A stretch of 64,000 bases of DNA from a bacterium (GCA_020444425.1 JAHLLB010000011.1:19915-83914); one strand, 5' to 3'; numbered from the stretch's first letter, positions 41,226-52,585 are shown. The notes: generated from the sequence alone by a model not told the origin. Translations and numbers: made by a program.

Positions 41226-41252
41226 TCTGATTATCGGGAAGCGGGGCAGAAT

Positions 41253-41297
41253 AAAAACCGGGGACACGTTCTTGCGAACATGTCCCCGGTTGGTTTT
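41253..41297. terminator. Bidirectional terminator between convergent genes
   Basis: aaccggggacacgttc-ttgc-gaacatgtccccggtt with A and T tracts. Confidence 0.8.
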
Positions 41298-41331
41298 GCT
41301 CAAGACTGGTGTCACGTGGACACCGCCAAGC

Positions 41332-43344
41332 TTACTTCATCAGCATCATCTTGCGGGTAGCGGAGAATTCACCGGCGTTCAGCTGGTAGAAATACAGACC
41401 GCTGGCGAGGTTCGCACCGTCAAAGGTGAGGCTCTGGTGACCGGCAGCCATCTGGCCGTTCTTCAGCGTCATGACCTGCTGGCCAGCAACGTTGTAGACG
41501 GTCAGGGTGACGTCCGCTGCGTGCGGCAGCGTGAAGTCAATCTGCGTGGTCGGGTTGAACGGGTTCGGATAGTTCTGATCGAGGCTGAACTCGAGCGGCT
41601 GTGTCGCCGTCGGTTCACCAACCGTGGTCGCGCCGAACCAGTTGACCACATTGCCCATCAGGGTCGTGAACTGCGGCGTGATGAACGGCCAGTCCGGATT
41701 GGTCCAGTCAAGGGTATACTCAACGTCAAAGCCGAGGAAGACGGTCTTGCCGCCCCAGGCGTTCTCGTAACGGATACCGTTGACATAACCGAGGTCCGCA
41801 CCTTCAAAGATGGTTTCGGTTTCGGACACACCGGTGACCGCTTCCGGCCAGCTTTCCGCATCCGGATCCTCGAACTCGAGCATGTACGGATCATCCGCGA
41901 AGTCGTCCGAGATCGGGTCGTCCGGGATACCGTAGAACTGTGAGTCACCCGGGTTGTCGAGGTCGTTGCGTGCTTCCTGGATACCAAAGACATCATACGC
42001 AAAATCGCCGGCGGCGAAGCTGGGTTCTTCCGGTTCCGCGTTTGCGAAGAAGTAATCCTGGTCAGCGTAGAAGAAATTACCGCCACCCATCAGGTACGGA
42101 ATGTACGCGTTGCCCGTGTAGTCGCGGCTCGGAACAGAACCCGCGCCCCAACCAACGACGATCACGGCGTTCCAGTCGGAAGTCGCCAGCAAGTACTCAT
42201 CAATACCCTTGTTGTCGTCGACATCGTAGAACGAGTAGTAGATGCCGGCGTTCACGAGCGCGTAACGCATCTCGTAGGTGAAGTTCGACTGATGATCGAT
42301 GAGGAGGATATCAGCATCCAAGCCAACCTGTTCGATGATATCGAAATTCATCTGGCTGTCTTCGTTGCTGTTTTCCTGGCCTTCATCGTCGACGGCCCAG
42401 ATCCAATAGCTGATCATGTCACCGACCGCATTGTCGAGTGTGAAGGTGGATTCGAAAATGCCGTCCTCATCCGGATCGAGCATTTCGTACTGCATCGGAG
42501 CGCCACCATTCACCGAGACATTCAGCATCGCTTCATGATCGTCGGTCCAGCCCGCATCGTCGAAGATGTCGCACGTGATGGTGCATTCCTTCGAACCGTT
42601 GACCGTGTTCGGCAGCTGGTTCATGTTGCCAATGATCGGCGGGGCGCCGAGCGGGTAGGACACGCCCACACGCATGGCGAGGTCAACGACCGGAGCGGAG
42701 GAACCGTACGCACCCCAGGTTTCATCATAGGTGTCCATCCACGGACCACCGAACCAGGTGTAGGTAAAGCCACGGGCCGAAATGTTGTCCGCCAGCGGCT
42801 GCGGCATGCCGTCATCCTGGGTCTTGACCCAGCCGACGATGAACGCGCGGCCGTCGTCAATCCAGATCGCTTCGCCGTTGAACAGCTCTTCCTGTTCAAA
42901 CAGGTACTCACCCCAGTCGCCATCACCGTTGCTCAACTTGTTGAACGGGCCGAACAGGGCTTCACCCAACGGGCTGACCGGTGAGGTACCACGCAGCGGC
43001 GCGCGGCCATCGGCATACATTGCGGCGGCGTCCGGGTTGTATTCCCAGACGAATGACTGGAAGTTACCCGCCGTGTACCACTGCTGTTCTGCGAAGTGCA
43101 CCGAGCACGGAGCGAGCGGCTGGAAGTGCACGCACATGGTGTCACCCAGCGCACCGGAGCTGAGGTAGTAGTCAGTGGTACCATCGCTCATGCGGTTCAG
43201 GTACAGACCGTCCCATTCATCCAGCTCGGGGCCGGTCACGCCCTTCGTAACTTTCGTTGGCTCGAGCAGGTGGATGTCAGTCGCCCACGCCGCCCCAACG
43301 GCGATCAACAGCGCCATGCTCATCAATACCAAACGTTTCAACAT
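41332..43344 (-). CDS. Secreted T9SS-CTD protein with unrecognised N-terminal domain (paralog of the 56471 and 59372 genes)
   Basis: Signal peptide; [14 protein letters not shown] and TWFGGPW motifs; GATase-like domain; [13 protein letters not shown]...ASGLYFYQL. Confidence 0.85.
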   Translation of the reverse strand: MLKRLVLMSMALLIAVGAAWATDIHLLEPTKVTKGVTGPELDEWDGLYLNRMSDGTTDYYLSSGALGDTMCVHFQPLAPCSVHFAEQQWYTAGNFQSFVWEYNPDAAAMYADGRAPLRGTSPVSPLGEALFGPFNKLSNGDGDWGEYLFEQEELFNGEAIWIDDGRAFIVGWVKTQDDGMPQPLADNISARGFTYTWFGGPWMDTYDETWGAYGSSAPVVDLAMRVGVSYPLGAPPIIGNMNQLPNTVNGSKECTITCDIFDDAGWTDDHEAMLNVSVNGGAPMQYEMLDPDEDGIFESTFTLDNAVGDMISYWIWAVDDEGQENSNEDSQMNFDIIEQVGLDADILLIDHQSNFTYEMRYALVNAGIYYSFYDVDDNKGIDEYLLATSDWNAVIVVGWGAGSVPSRDYTGNAYIPYLMGGGNFFYADQDYFFANAEPEEPSFAAGDFAYDVFGIQEARNDLDNPGDSQFYGIPDDPISDDFADDPYMLEFEDPDAESWPEAVTGVSETETIFEGADLGYVNGIRYENAWGGKTVFLGFDVEYTLDWTNPDWPFITPQFTTLMGNVVNWFGATTVGEPTATQPLEFSLDQNYPNPFNPTTQIDFTLPHAADVTLTVYNVAGQQVMTLKNGQMAAGHQSLTFDGANLASGLYFYQLNAGEFSATRKMMLMK

Positions 43345-43411
43345 ACTTCACCCCTTTCGTTGTACGACGTGATGTTACCATCACGACTTCCGGAACTACT
43401 TCCGTTGCTTG

Positions 43412-44341
43412 TTACTGTAACTCGTTCAACTTTTCCTGCAGAGTAATCAGGAATTCTCCGTAGTTCACCGCGTAATAGTAGGTGACAACGTACGAATCGC
43501 CTTCTGCAGGAATTGGATTTCCTTTGAATCGAACAGCGTCTCCCGTGACATCGTATCCCGTGATCTCGAAAGTTATGTCATCCTGCATGACAGAAACAGG
43601 ATAAACAAGATTCACGATCGGGAGATCGAGTTGTGCAATCCCATCAAGGTGCGTGTTCTGTAGCAATGTGACGTCAACCGCCTCGTCGGGAACTTCGACG
43701 ATCACCCCCGCATTCTCCAGCGCCGGGATAAACGCGTTGTCGTCAACATCATCCAGCACAACCATCACCTCGCCATACTCACCCTGACCGTACCAGGCCA
43801 TCGCTTCGAGCAGCTTGACCGAGTCCATGTCAAAGCCCGGCAGCCAGCGATGGGTCGGGTTTGCCATGTCCGCCCAATACTCCTGGGCGGCCTGTGCCTC
43901 TTCGACAGCCATCTCGAAGTCCTGCGTGCTCAGGGCAACGCTCGCCTTGCCTGCGCAGGCTTCCGCAAACAGAGCGTCCACATCCGTGGCTTCCACTTCG
44001 CCGGTTTCAATCAGCACCGCTCCCAGTGTCAGCACGTTTGACAGGTTTCGTTGCGCACTGATCGGTTCGCGTGAATCGGCGAACGCATAGCCGAGCCCGA
44101 GGTACGCTTCGAGGTTGCTGGATTCAGCGTTTGCGGCATCCGCGAACATGTTGAGTGCGTTATCGACTTCGCCGTTGTTCAGATACTCCCACCCCCGCTC
44201 GATCATCAGATCAACGGTCACAGCCGGGCCGGTCGGGATATCGTCACTTTCGGTTGAACAACCCACCACCATGAACAGGGCGGTCAACAGGAGCCCGGCG
44301 GTCAGGATGCGCAAGGTCAGCCGATGAAAATTGGTCTGCAT
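43412..44341 (-). CDS. TPR lipoprotein
   Basis: GGAGG RBS; VVGC lipobox; TPR GWEYL...EAYLGLGYA. Confidence 0.8.
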   Translation of the reverse strand: MQTNFHRLTLRILTAGLLLTALFMVVGCSTESDDIPTGPAVTVDLMIERGWEYLNNGEVDNALNMFADAANAESSNLEAYLGLGYAFADSREPISAQRNLSNVLTLGAVLIETGEVEATDVDALFAEACAGKASVALSTQDFEMAVEEAQAAQEYWADMANPTHRWLPGFDMDSVKLLEAMAWYGQGEYGEVMVVLDDVDDNAFIPALENAGVIVEVPDEAVDVTLLQNTHLDGIAQLDLPIVNLVYPVSVMQDDITFEITGYDVTGDAVRFKGNPIPAEGDSYVVTYYYAVNYGEFLITLQEKLNELQ

Positions 44342-44366
44342 TGTATGATCCTCCATCCGGGGCTGG

Positions 44367-47300
44367 TTACTTCACCAACACCATTTTACGGGTCTTGTTG
44401 AATCCCGGCGCATCCATGCGCACGAAGTAGACACCCGACGCGATCGGCACACCAGCCGCACTCTGTCCATTGAAATGGAACTTGTGCGTACCGTACGCCA
44501 GGTCGCCGTCGAACAGTCGCGTCACTTCGCGGCCCAACACATCGTACACCGCCAGCGTAACCGGACCGGTTTGCGGCAGCGCGATCTTGATCGTGGTGCT
44601 CGGGTTGAACGGGTTCGGATAGTTCTGCCCCAGCTCGAAGCTGGTCGGAACCATCAGGTCGTCCGGGATGTCGCCAATCGGACCCGCCATCACGGCGTAC
44701 GTGCCGGTCTGGCCGACGCGCACGGTGATCAGGCCGACTGCCGGATTGGCTTCGCCACCGACATACACCCATTCGTCCTTGCGCAGCAGATACACGCCGG
44801 CATCCTCTTCGCCCACGGCATCAACGTCATACGGAATCCGCAAGGTCAACGGATCTTCGACCTTTTCGATGTGGTTGCCGATGCTGTAGCGACCACTGAC
44901 CGGCGTACGTCCATCCGTATTCTGGATGAACTTGCCCAGTCCGACCGACGCCACATCCGGCGCACGGACGATCATCAGGTCCTTGTCACGGTCGAAGCTG
45001 CGTGAGGTCGAACTCACCTGGAATCCGTCACTCAGTTTTGCCATCGACGGCCGTCCACCAGCAAAGGTGGACATCACGATGAAGATCGGATCGACATCCG
45101 CAACCGGGACACCATTCGAGTAGTATCCTTCGAGCGCATAGTGCATTTCGCCGGTATCCGTCATCGTGACGTGCGCGACGTACTGATCGTAACGGCCCGT
45201 CGCGTTTTCGACTGAGGTTATCTCGAAATCATCGGGGGAATCGTAGGTTGCGAGCACCGAATCCTCAGCCCCGCCGTAGTACACCTTCACCGTCGGAGCA
45301 GCAACTCCGTCCGCCCGGTACAATGGCTGTTCGGTGATGACGTACAGGTCGAGCATCGTTTCGATAATCGGATTCTGCATCACAAACAGACGGCTGTACT
45401 CCGCGGCATTCTGCTGATGATGCACGAGGAAGTCACCGCCTGCACCCGCCGCGATCAGGAAGAAGGTCGGGAAAGTTGCCTCCGGATCGTCCACGGGGCC
45501 CAGGATCCATCCATCGCCAGGGCTGATCGGCACCACGCCGACATTCAGATCACCCTCGAGTTCGATTTCCTGGGTCAGGATCGGCTTCGCGCTGAGGTTG
45601 TTGTCAACCTCGGTCGCCTGCATGTTGACTTTCCGGAACGCGATATCCGTCGCATCCTCACCGGCAAAGACAACCAGGTTGTCGTTAACCGGATCCAACG
45701 CCCTGTTTAACGTGGTTGCGGTGTACCCGGTGAAGAAATAGTCGAATCCCCATTCCGTGTTCGTCCGTTGGAACGGCGCACGGTCGGGACCGGCAGATGT
45801 CTTCCAACGCATCGGACCACCGCGAATCGCGGCTTGCGTGTTGATGTTCTCGAACATGAACCGGTTGTGATCGTCCTCGGAGTACGACGTATCGATCAGG
45901 TTCGCGGTCGCGAAGTCAAGGAACACGTCGACCACGTCCAGATCCTTCTGCCAGTCCTCCAACTGGTCGTTACGGTCGGACAACGCATCCGCCACGCCGA
46001 AAATGTCAATGCGCGGTGAAACAGACACAGCGGTCAGCATGTCATCACCGCCGTACTTTTCCCACAGGTACAGCATGTACATGAAGACGTGCTTGTAATC
46101 CACGCGGGAGGACAGATCGGACCCGATGAAGGTCAGATCGTTGCCACCCGTCAACCCCCGGGTTTCGGAATCACCGTAGTATCGAGGATGACGGAAGGTG
46201 TAGAACTCTGTGAAGTAGGCCAGACCGTACTTGACCCAATCAACTTCAAACTTGTCAACCTTGTAGCTGACGTACTGCGTATAAACGTTGGCAATGGCGG
46301 ACAAACCGGCTTCATCCAGCTCGTCCATTTCGCCCTCTTCCCAGATCTCGTTGTTGTCGTTCCAGATCCAGGCATCATCACCCGTGTTGTAGCTCTGCGG
46401 GTAGCTGTCGAGGACAATCAGTTCCGCCTCGTTGGAATACTCATCTTTGCCGTTACCCGGCAGGTCGCTCGGCAGGAAATAGCCGTGCTTCCAGAACCCG
46501 GCGTCGCCGTCATTACGCCCGACACCGTACTCATCCCAGATGTCGGTAAACAGGATGACAATCTGTTCCGGGATCTTGTCTGCACGTTCGCCGCCAATCA
46601 GGTCGTCAATGGCCGCCTTGGCTCCCATGTCGGGGAGTTTCAACGTCCGTGTCTCGAAGAAGGTTACCGCGCTGTCCAGCTCAGACTTGCGCAGCGGTGT
46701 GACCATCGGGTGTTCAACCGACTTGCCTTCGCGCAGGTAGAAGGGCTCGTACGGCCGGCCCCACTGGTCGTTGGCAACATACCACAATGCACCCGGACTA
46801 ACCTCACGCAGTGACGCTTGCACGATACGCGGCAGCGTCGGGAACGCTTCGTGGCTGCGGATGTAGAATTCGCGACCGTATCCGAGGATCAGGACGGATT
46901 CGTACAGATCGTTCGATGTCGTATCGCCGTCCATCAAGCCTGTTTGCTCGACGTTCGCGATACCGTCCGCCGTGGTGATGAACCCTTCGCCGACGTCCAG
47001 TACCAGGTCTGTCCGGTCAGCCTCATTGATGCCCTTGATCGACGAAACATCCGTCTCGCTCAGGTACAGCGAGATGCGGTTCGGTTCAGAGATTTCGACG
47101 GATTCCGGCGCACCAACCGTGAGGCCATTCAGCTGTATCCTGGTCAGGTCGATATTTTCTGCCGGAACGGTTCCGTTCGTACCCACCACAAACCGTCCGT
47201 GCACCTCATCGAACCAGACATATTCGACCAGCGGCGGGTTTGGATCGGCGATGTAGTTGAAGTCTTCGACTTCGATGTACCGGTTGCCGTTCAGCTTGGA

Positions 47301-48980
47301 TGACTGCTTGACCGTGTACGGGTCAATCACCATCCGCAATGAGCCGGTATCGATCGTGTTTTCCAGGGCGTAGCGGTCTTCCTCGCTGATAATGATCGAG
47401 AAGGCCTTGTTGCCGCCGGTACGCTCCACCGTTCCATCAGTGAGAGTGACAGTGTCGTCATCCGCCGAGATAAAGTGAATCCCCTCGAACACGACTTCCG
47501 CGTCCAACCGCACGTCGAACAGGATATACAGTTCGTTGGTATCGGCGTCGTAGTACGGCGGCTCCTCCAGATCAAGCGCAGGCCCCTTGTCGCGACCTTC
47601 GGCGATGATGGTCAGCGGGATGCCGTCCGGATTGCCGTCGTTGTTTTCATCCTGGGTGACGTTGCCGTTTCCATCTGCGCTTAACACAGTCGCAGATCGG
47701 ACAAACACCTGGAATTCGAGATCGTTTCCGGTGTCGCCTTCGCCGTCACCGTTCTGGTCAATCAGGTCCTCGGTGGCATGTGCTGTGCCGACACCCATCT
47801 GAACCGTCAGGCTGGAATCAGAATCCGCCAGGCCGGCCAAACCGGACTCCAGCGCATAGGAGTAGGTGGAATCGGGTTCGATGCGCCGAATCGAAAGCTT
47901 CGGGATAACCGCATAATCCTTGACATTGGAAGCGAGCGCCTGGTTGAACTTCACCTTCAGCTCGTTGGAACCCATGTCATACTCGGCCCACATGGCATAC
48001 AGCGGATTCGGGTCCTCAGTGTACTCGACCGCAACATCCTCGACCGGCACCGCTGGGTTGTAGTCGACATCCACGAACGTGTAGTCCGTGAACCGGATCA
48101 TCATCGTTTCCGTGTCCAGAGCTTCCACCGTCGCCCGTTCGGCCGGCAGCAACTGCAACTGCAGCACGTCGGAATCCATCTTCGTCAGGTCGGCTGCGCT
48201 TGACAGGGTCACGAGTGTGTTGTTGGCGTCGTACAACGTGATCTGCGGAACGACGACGTTGGCTTCGAAATCAAGGACGCCGTTGCCGTTGCGGTCTTCG
48301 TTTTCACCACCGGTCAGCACGCCGTCACCCGGCGCTGGCCAGTTCTTGTTGTACGGGTCTTCCGTAGCCACATCTTCCGGGATCTGGTCGAACTGCATCA
48401 CCTTGTTGAAGCTCAGGGTCAGCGTGTTCGACGCGGCGTCGTATGCGGCATCGGTCAGATTGACCTCATCGTCGGAAACGACTTCCAGGTAGGTGAGGTC
48501 GATCCACGTACCTTCCGACAGGTTGCCTTGCGGATCGCTGGCCATCCCGGCCGGGCACCACATCCGCATGTGATCGAAGGTCATGTGGTCCAGCTCTTCC
48601 TCAATGACCAGCAGGTCATCGTAGTCCAGACCCCAGAGCTGGCGGTCTTCGCTGGACGTTCCGTCATCGTAGACATATTCGGCGATGACGCCTTCGAAGT
48701 AGGGGTGGAACATGATTTCCGTGGGCGTACTTCCATCCATCACGATCCCGCCACGCAACTCGTGGTCACTGAGCGGGCCGCCCAAGTCGTCGTCAATCAT
48801 GATCCCGGTAATGACGAAAGCATCCGGGTCAACGGCAACATTGGAACTGAATTCCACGGAAAATGAGTTTGTCAACTCGTCATAGGTTGCGGCGGTTGGC
48901 ACAGGTTGCGCCATGAGCAGTGGCGCGGCCAACAGCAGCAGGACCGGAACCCATACGAGTGCATATCTCAGTCGTAGCAT
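44367..48980 (-). CDS. Giant secreted T9SS-CTD protein: about 5 Ig-like repeats, then an M30-like peptidase domain lacking HExxH
   Basis: Signal peptide; repeats of A.YD...N.L.(L/V).F; IVILFTD..GYF...SNEAEL.VLD, then ANVYTQ and YMLYLWEKYGG; [13 protein letters not shown] tail. Confidence 0.82.
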   Translation of the reverse strand: MLRLRYALVWVPVLLLLAAPLLMAQPVPTAATYDELTNSFSVEFSSNVAVDPDAFVITGIMIDDDLGGPLSDHELRGGIVMDGSTPTEIMFHPYFEGVIAEYVYDDGTSSEDRQLWGLDYDDLLVIEEELDHMTFDHMRMWCPAGMASDPQGNLSEGTWIDLTYLEVVSDDEVNLTDAAYDAASNTLTLSFNKVMQFDQIPEDVATEDPYNKNWPAPGDGVLTGGENEDRNGNGVLDFEANVVVPQITLYDANNTLVTLSSAADLTKMDSDVLQLQLLPAERATVEALDTETMMIRFTDYTFVDVDYNPAVPVEDVAVEYTEDPNPLYAMWAEYDMGSNELKVKFNQALASNVKDYAVIPKLSIRRIEPDSTYSYALESGLAGLADSDSSLTVQMGVGTAHATEDLIDQNGDGEGDTGNDLEFQVFVRSATVLSADGNGNVTQDENNDGNPDGIPLTIIAEGRDKGPALDLEEPPYYDADTNELYILFDVRLDAEVVFEGIHFISADDDTVTLTDGTVERTGGNKAFSIIISEEDRYALENTIDTGSLRMVIDPYTVKQSSKLNGNRYIEVEDFNYIADPNPPLVEYVWFDEVHGRFVVGTNGTVPAENIDLTRIQLNGLTVGAPESVEISEPNRISLYLSETDVSSIKGINEADRTDLVLDVGEGFITTADGIANVEQTGLMDGDTTSNDLYESVLILGYGREFYIRSHEAFPTLPRIVQASLREVSPGALWYVANDQWGRPYEPFYLREGKSVEHPMVTPLRKSELDSAVTFFETRTLKLPDMGAKAAIDDLIGGERADKIPEQIVILFTDIWDEYGVGRNDGDAGFWKHGYFLPSDLPGNGKDEYSNEAELIVLDSYPQSYNTGDDAWIWNDNNEIWEEGEMDELDEAGLSAIANVYTQYVSYKVDKFEVDWVKYGLAYFTEFYTFRHPRYYGDSETRGLTGGNDLTFIGSDLSSRVDYKHVFMYMLYLWEKYGGDDMLTAVSVSPRIDIFGVADALSDRNDQLEDWQKDLDVVDVFLDFATANLIDTSYSEDDHNRFMFENINTQAAIRGGPMRWKTSAGPDRAPFQRTNTEWGFDYFFTGYTATTLNRALDPVNDNLVVFAGEDATDIAFRKVNMQATEVDNNLSAKPILTQEIELEGDLNVGVVPISPGDGWILGPVDDPEATFPTFFLIAAGAGGDFLVHHQQNAAEYSRLFVMQNPIIETMLDLYVITEQPLYRADGVAAPTVKVYYGGAEDSVLATYDSPDDFEITSVENATGRYDQYVAHVTMTDTGEMHYALEGYYSNGVPVADVDPIFIVMSTFAGGRPSMAKLSDGFQVSSTSRSFDRDKDLMIVRAPDVASVGLGKFIQNTDGRTPVSGRYSIGNHIEKVEDPLTLRIPYDVDAVGEEDAGVYLLRKDEWVYVGGEANPAVGLITVRVGQTGTYAVMAGPIGDIPDDLMVPTSFELGQNYPNPFNPSTTIKIALPQTGPVTLAVYDVLGREVTRLFDGDLAYGTHKFHFNGQSAAGVPIASGVYFVRMDAPGFNKTRKMVLVK

Positions 48981-49024
48981 CGAAAATCCTCCTGACTCTG
49001 TCTCATCCTCCATCGGGGATGGGA

Positions 49025-50005
49025 TCAGAACGAGAACGAGATGTTGAACCGGTGCACATCCTCAAGAACACCGTACTCACTGAACGCGTAATCAATTCCG
49101 ATCCGCTGCCACAGGAAACCGACACCTGCGGACATGCCGAGGGTATCGTGGCGGAACGTGTAGCCGCTGCGGAGGAAGAACATTTTCTGGAAGCCGTATT
49201 CGGCGCCCAGATTCACGCGTTCAATGTTGTCGTTCGGATGCTCGAGGTCACCCGCAAGGGTCAGCCGGTGCTGTTCAGTGTTCAATGGGTCCATGGCCAC
49301 GCCAAGCCGGAAAACCATCGGGAAATGGTAGGGCAGAAATTCCGTCGATTCCGTCGCCTGGGATCCGTTGTCGAAGTCGTAGTAGCCGCCATCCAGCTGC
49401 ATTTCCGGTCCGAAGTTGCGCACCGCCATGGCGAGCCGGACCGAGTTCCACTGGGTGTCGTACATGATGCCGACGTCGATCGCGAAGTTCGACGCGACTT
49501 CGGTGTCGAGATCTTCGCGCACATACTTCAGGTTCGTTCCGAAGGAGAATTTGTCGGTCAGGCTCATGCCCAGTGACATGCCGCCGACGATGTTGGTCAC
49601 GTTAAAGGTTTCACCGGTACCCATCGGTTGCTGCACCGTGGTTACCTCCATGTCGCCCGACCCCATCGCGAGGGCGAACGCGCCAATGGTAAAGGTGTCG
49701 TTGAGCCTGTGTGCGCCGCCGACCGCGTCATAGCTGATATCAGCGAAGTACTCCACATGCTCGAACATCACCGATGAACTACCGATCTGTGTCATGCCCG
49801 CCGGGTTCCAGAACATGGCGGACTGGTCGTTACTGATGGCGGAGAATGCGCCACCCATGCCGACACCTCGCGCGCCGATAGGCAGCTTGAGGAAGTCAGC
49901 CCCGGTGGTGCCGACTTTTGCGAATTCAGCGTGGGCGCCGCCAGCAGCGACGAGCAGGGCGATCAGCACCGCCAAGCCCAGCTGATATACCGTTCGTCTA
50001 TTCAT
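49025..50005 (-). CDS. PorV/PorQ-family outer-membrane protein
   Basis: KVGTTGADFLKLPIGARGVGMGGA, FWNPAG, IDYAF, terminal Phe. Confidence 0.9.
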   Translation of the reverse strand: MNRRTVYQLGLAVLIALLVAAGGAHAEFAKVGTTGADFLKLPIGARGVGMGGAFSAISNDQSAMFWNPAGMTQIGSSSVMFEHVEYFADISYDAVGGAHRLNDTFTIGAFALAMGSGDMEVTTVQQPMGTGETFNVTNIVGGMSLGMSLTDKFSFGTNLKYVREDLDTEVASNFAIDVGIMYDTQWNSVRLAMAVRNFGPEMQLDGGYYDFDNGSQATESTEFLPYHFPMVFRLGVAMDPLNTEQHRLTLAGDLEHPNDNIERVNLGAEYGFQKMFFLRSGYTFRHDTLGMSAGVGFLWQRIGIDYAFSEYGVLEDVHRFNISFSF

Positions 50006-50027
50006 GATCGAACTCCTTGTGCCGAGG

Positions 50028-52562
50028 TCAGCGGATGATCAGAAACTTCCCGACTTTCTTCTCGTAACTGGGCGACTCCGTCTCAACGACGTAGACGTAC
50101 AGCCCCGATACGACTTTCTGGTTGTTCCTGCTGATCAAATCCCAGTAGACCGCACCGATGGTTCCGTCATCCTTGTAGATCTCCTTGATCAGATCGCCGT
50201 TCAGCGTGAAAATGCTGATCTTGCACAGGGAGGGAAGGTTGATGAAACTGATCTGGTCTTCGTACCGCGCTTCGAACGAGGCGGTACCCTTGTAGGGATT
50301 CGGGACGACCTTGATATCGTCCATGGTCAGGTCGCTGTCTGGATCATCCGGATCAGCCGCCGGTGCGTCGATAGGAAGCACACCGGGGATCACCGCCTGC
50401 GGCGCACCGTCCAGATCCTTGCGGTAGTTCGACTTCGCCGATTCAATCGACGGCAGGCCGAACGTCGACATTTTGTCCGGATCGTAAGCGACAACGGTGT
50501 AGTAATACTTCAGCCCGTTGACCGGCCGTTCGATGTCCTTGAAGATGATCGTGCCGTTCTTGTCGGCAAAATCACCGCCGTAATCCTCATACGTATACGT
50601 CAGGTCGGGCAGGTCGACCGGGATGTAGTTCCAGTCCACACCCTGCACGTTGTTCTCGTCCCCGACGATCTCAGCGTATTCGGGTTCGTTGTACGCGTAC
50701 TGGGAACCGTCGTATTCGATCGGGTTGAGCGTGTCACCTTCCGTGTTCTTCAGGTAGGTATCACCCTCGTTGGGCATGTCAAATGCTGCGATCATGTCCC
50801 AGGTCTGCGGGTTGTACTTCGACCGGTAGATCTTGTACCCGAGGAAGTCGGTTGTGCCGAGGAAGCTGTCGATCGCATCCTCCGCGCTGTCATCCCAGAC
50901 TAGTTTCACGCCGGCGTCCAGCGCGCTGTAGTGCAGGTCTGGAATCGCGGGCGGAATCGGTAGCAGGAAGTGCCGGTCCTCGCGAATCATCGCGTCGCTG
51001 GTGCCGGTAAACCCGATCTGGCTGGCGAACGCGTCGCTTGGTGGAATTTCCGGATCGCCGATTTCAGCCAACTCACCCTGGTAGTAAGCGACGAGGGCGT
51101 TGTCGATGTTCTCGCGCAATCCCTGAATCCCCCAGCCAACACCCGTCACCGCGACGAACTTCTTCGTTTCGCCGTCCGTGAAGCTGTGCGGACCGCTGGA
51201 GAGGATGTAGCGGTAGTCGAACACCGGGGCTCCGGCGCCGTAATCGAACGGGTGCGGCATGAAGCGCTGACCGGCGGACAGCGTGTGCGTACCGGTCATG
51301 TATTCATACTTCTCCCTGTCCGAACCCGGGTCGGATTCCCAGTTCCACCACTGGTGTGAATACGGGCGATGGGGCGGATCCCATTCATCTTCCGGAGCCC
51401 GGTTTTGGCTGGCCAGGTACGGATCATCCGGGATGTAAAGGAACTTGGTTCCGATGAAACCAGCCACCGCCGGGTTCATGCTGCGTTCGCCGATGTCGAT
51501 CTCACCAGACTGCGGGTAGTCACCATCATACATGTAGCTCATGTCACGCGGAATCAGGTACCCGCGCAGGGAATCTCCAGCAGCCGTAACCACCGGCTCA
51601 CCGGCAACGTATCCTTTGTCCGGAACACTGACCTGGTACCGGATGTAATCCGGAACGTCGTACCCGGCTTCCACATACACTGCCGGATCCACGACGTAGA
51701 TCTGGAATTCGTCCCAGATACCGTCCGGTTCCGGATTGTCATCAGCCGGAGCTTCTTCGCCGGCAACCGGAGAATAGCCGTTCCAGAACGGGTTGCGCGG
51801 GTCAGCCTTCGCCCAGCCCCAGTAATCGTAGCCGGTTTCTTCGTTGCCGTCCAGATCCAGCGGGTCGACCCAGTCGTACTTATATGGGTTCTGACCTTCC
51901 GGTGCCCAACCGTCATAATCGACGAGGTCGTCGATCGCCGGCTGGTCCGGGTCGTAGTGCGCGCCCACATCGTTGTCGTACACGAAGGATATGTACACGT
52001 TGTTCAACTGGCCACCGCTGACGTTTTCCACTTCGATCAGCTTGATGATGAAGTCGTCGTAATCGGTCAGCGACCATGCAAGCGTGCGCTGATGGAATTT
52101 CAGGCCGATCGGAGTGTGGCCACCGATTTCAGCGTTCAGGTCGTCAAAGTGGGACAACCCGTCCTGAATCGACTTCGGGCCGGTTCCGAAATAGAAGCTG
52201 GAACCGTCCGTCGGGTCGAGTTCGTAGTTGCCGTAGTCCGCGTGGCTGACGAGCGGTTCACCGCCAACCAGCGCGCCGGCCCAGAAGCGGCCTTCCCAGA
52301 TGTAGTAGACGCCGGACCCGCCGGGCCACTCGCCCGAAGGCAGCAGCTCGTTAGGTTCGCCGTAGTTACCGAAGTTGGAAACAGCGGTCCAGAAGTTGCC
52401 GACATCATGCACTTTGTATTCTGTCGGCGGACGGGCAGCGGTTCTCCGCGGACCTTTCTTCGGACCGGTCATGTCAATGCGCGCGGCAAAGCTGGAGCTC
52501 GCGGCCAGCAGGCAGGCGAGTAACACCAGCAACACCGTCGTCAGGATGTGGTTTCTTCTCAC
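50028..52562 (-). CDS. Secreted TBDR-associated protein with FN3-like region and variant CTD
   Basis: AGGAGG + GTG start; signal peptide; HDVGNFWTAVSNFG; GYKIYRS, YYYTVVAYD; IKVVPNPY...INLP..C.ISIFTLNGDL...SGLYVYVVE. Confidence 0.85.
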   Translation of the reverse strand: MRRNHILTTVLLVLLACLLAASSSFAARIDMTGPKKGPRRTAARPPTEYKVHDVGNFWTAVSNFGNYGEPNELLPSGEWPGGSGVYYIWEGRFWAGALVGGEPLVSHADYGNYELDPTDGSSFYFGTGPKSIQDGLSHFDDLNAEIGGHTPIGLKFHQRTLAWSLTDYDDFIIKLIEVENVSGGQLNNVYISFVYDNDVGAHYDPDQPAIDDLVDYDGWAPEGQNPYKYDWVDPLDLDGNEETGYDYWGWAKADPRNPFWNGYSPVAGEEAPADDNPEPDGIWDEFQIYVVDPAVYVEAGYDVPDYIRYQVSVPDKGYVAGEPVVTAAGDSLRGYLIPRDMSYMYDGDYPQSGEIDIGERSMNPAVAGFIGTKFLYIPDDPYLASQNRAPEDEWDPPHRPYSHQWWNWESDPGSDREKYEYMTGTHTLSAGQRFMPHPFDYGAGAPVFDYRYILSSGPHSFTDGETKKFVAVTGVGWGIQGLRENIDNALVAYYQGELAEIGDPEIPPSDAFASQIGFTGTSDAMIREDRHFLLPIPPAIPDLHYSALDAGVKLVWDDSAEDAIDSFLGTTDFLGYKIYRSKYNPQTWDMIAAFDMPNEGDTYLKNTEGDTLNPIEYDGSQYAYNEPEYAEIVGDENNVQGVDWNYIPVDLPDLTYTYEDYGGDFADKNGTIIFKDIERPVNGLKYYYTVVAYDPDKMSTFGLPSIESAKSNYRKDLDGAPQAVIPGVLPIDAPAADPDDPDSDLTMDDIKVVPNPYKGTASFEARYEDQISFINLPSLCKISIFTLNGDLIKEIYKDDGTIGAVYWDLISRNNQKVVSGLYVYVVETESPSYEKKVGKFLIIR

Positions 52563-52585
52563 GGTGATGTATCCTCCTGCCTCGT

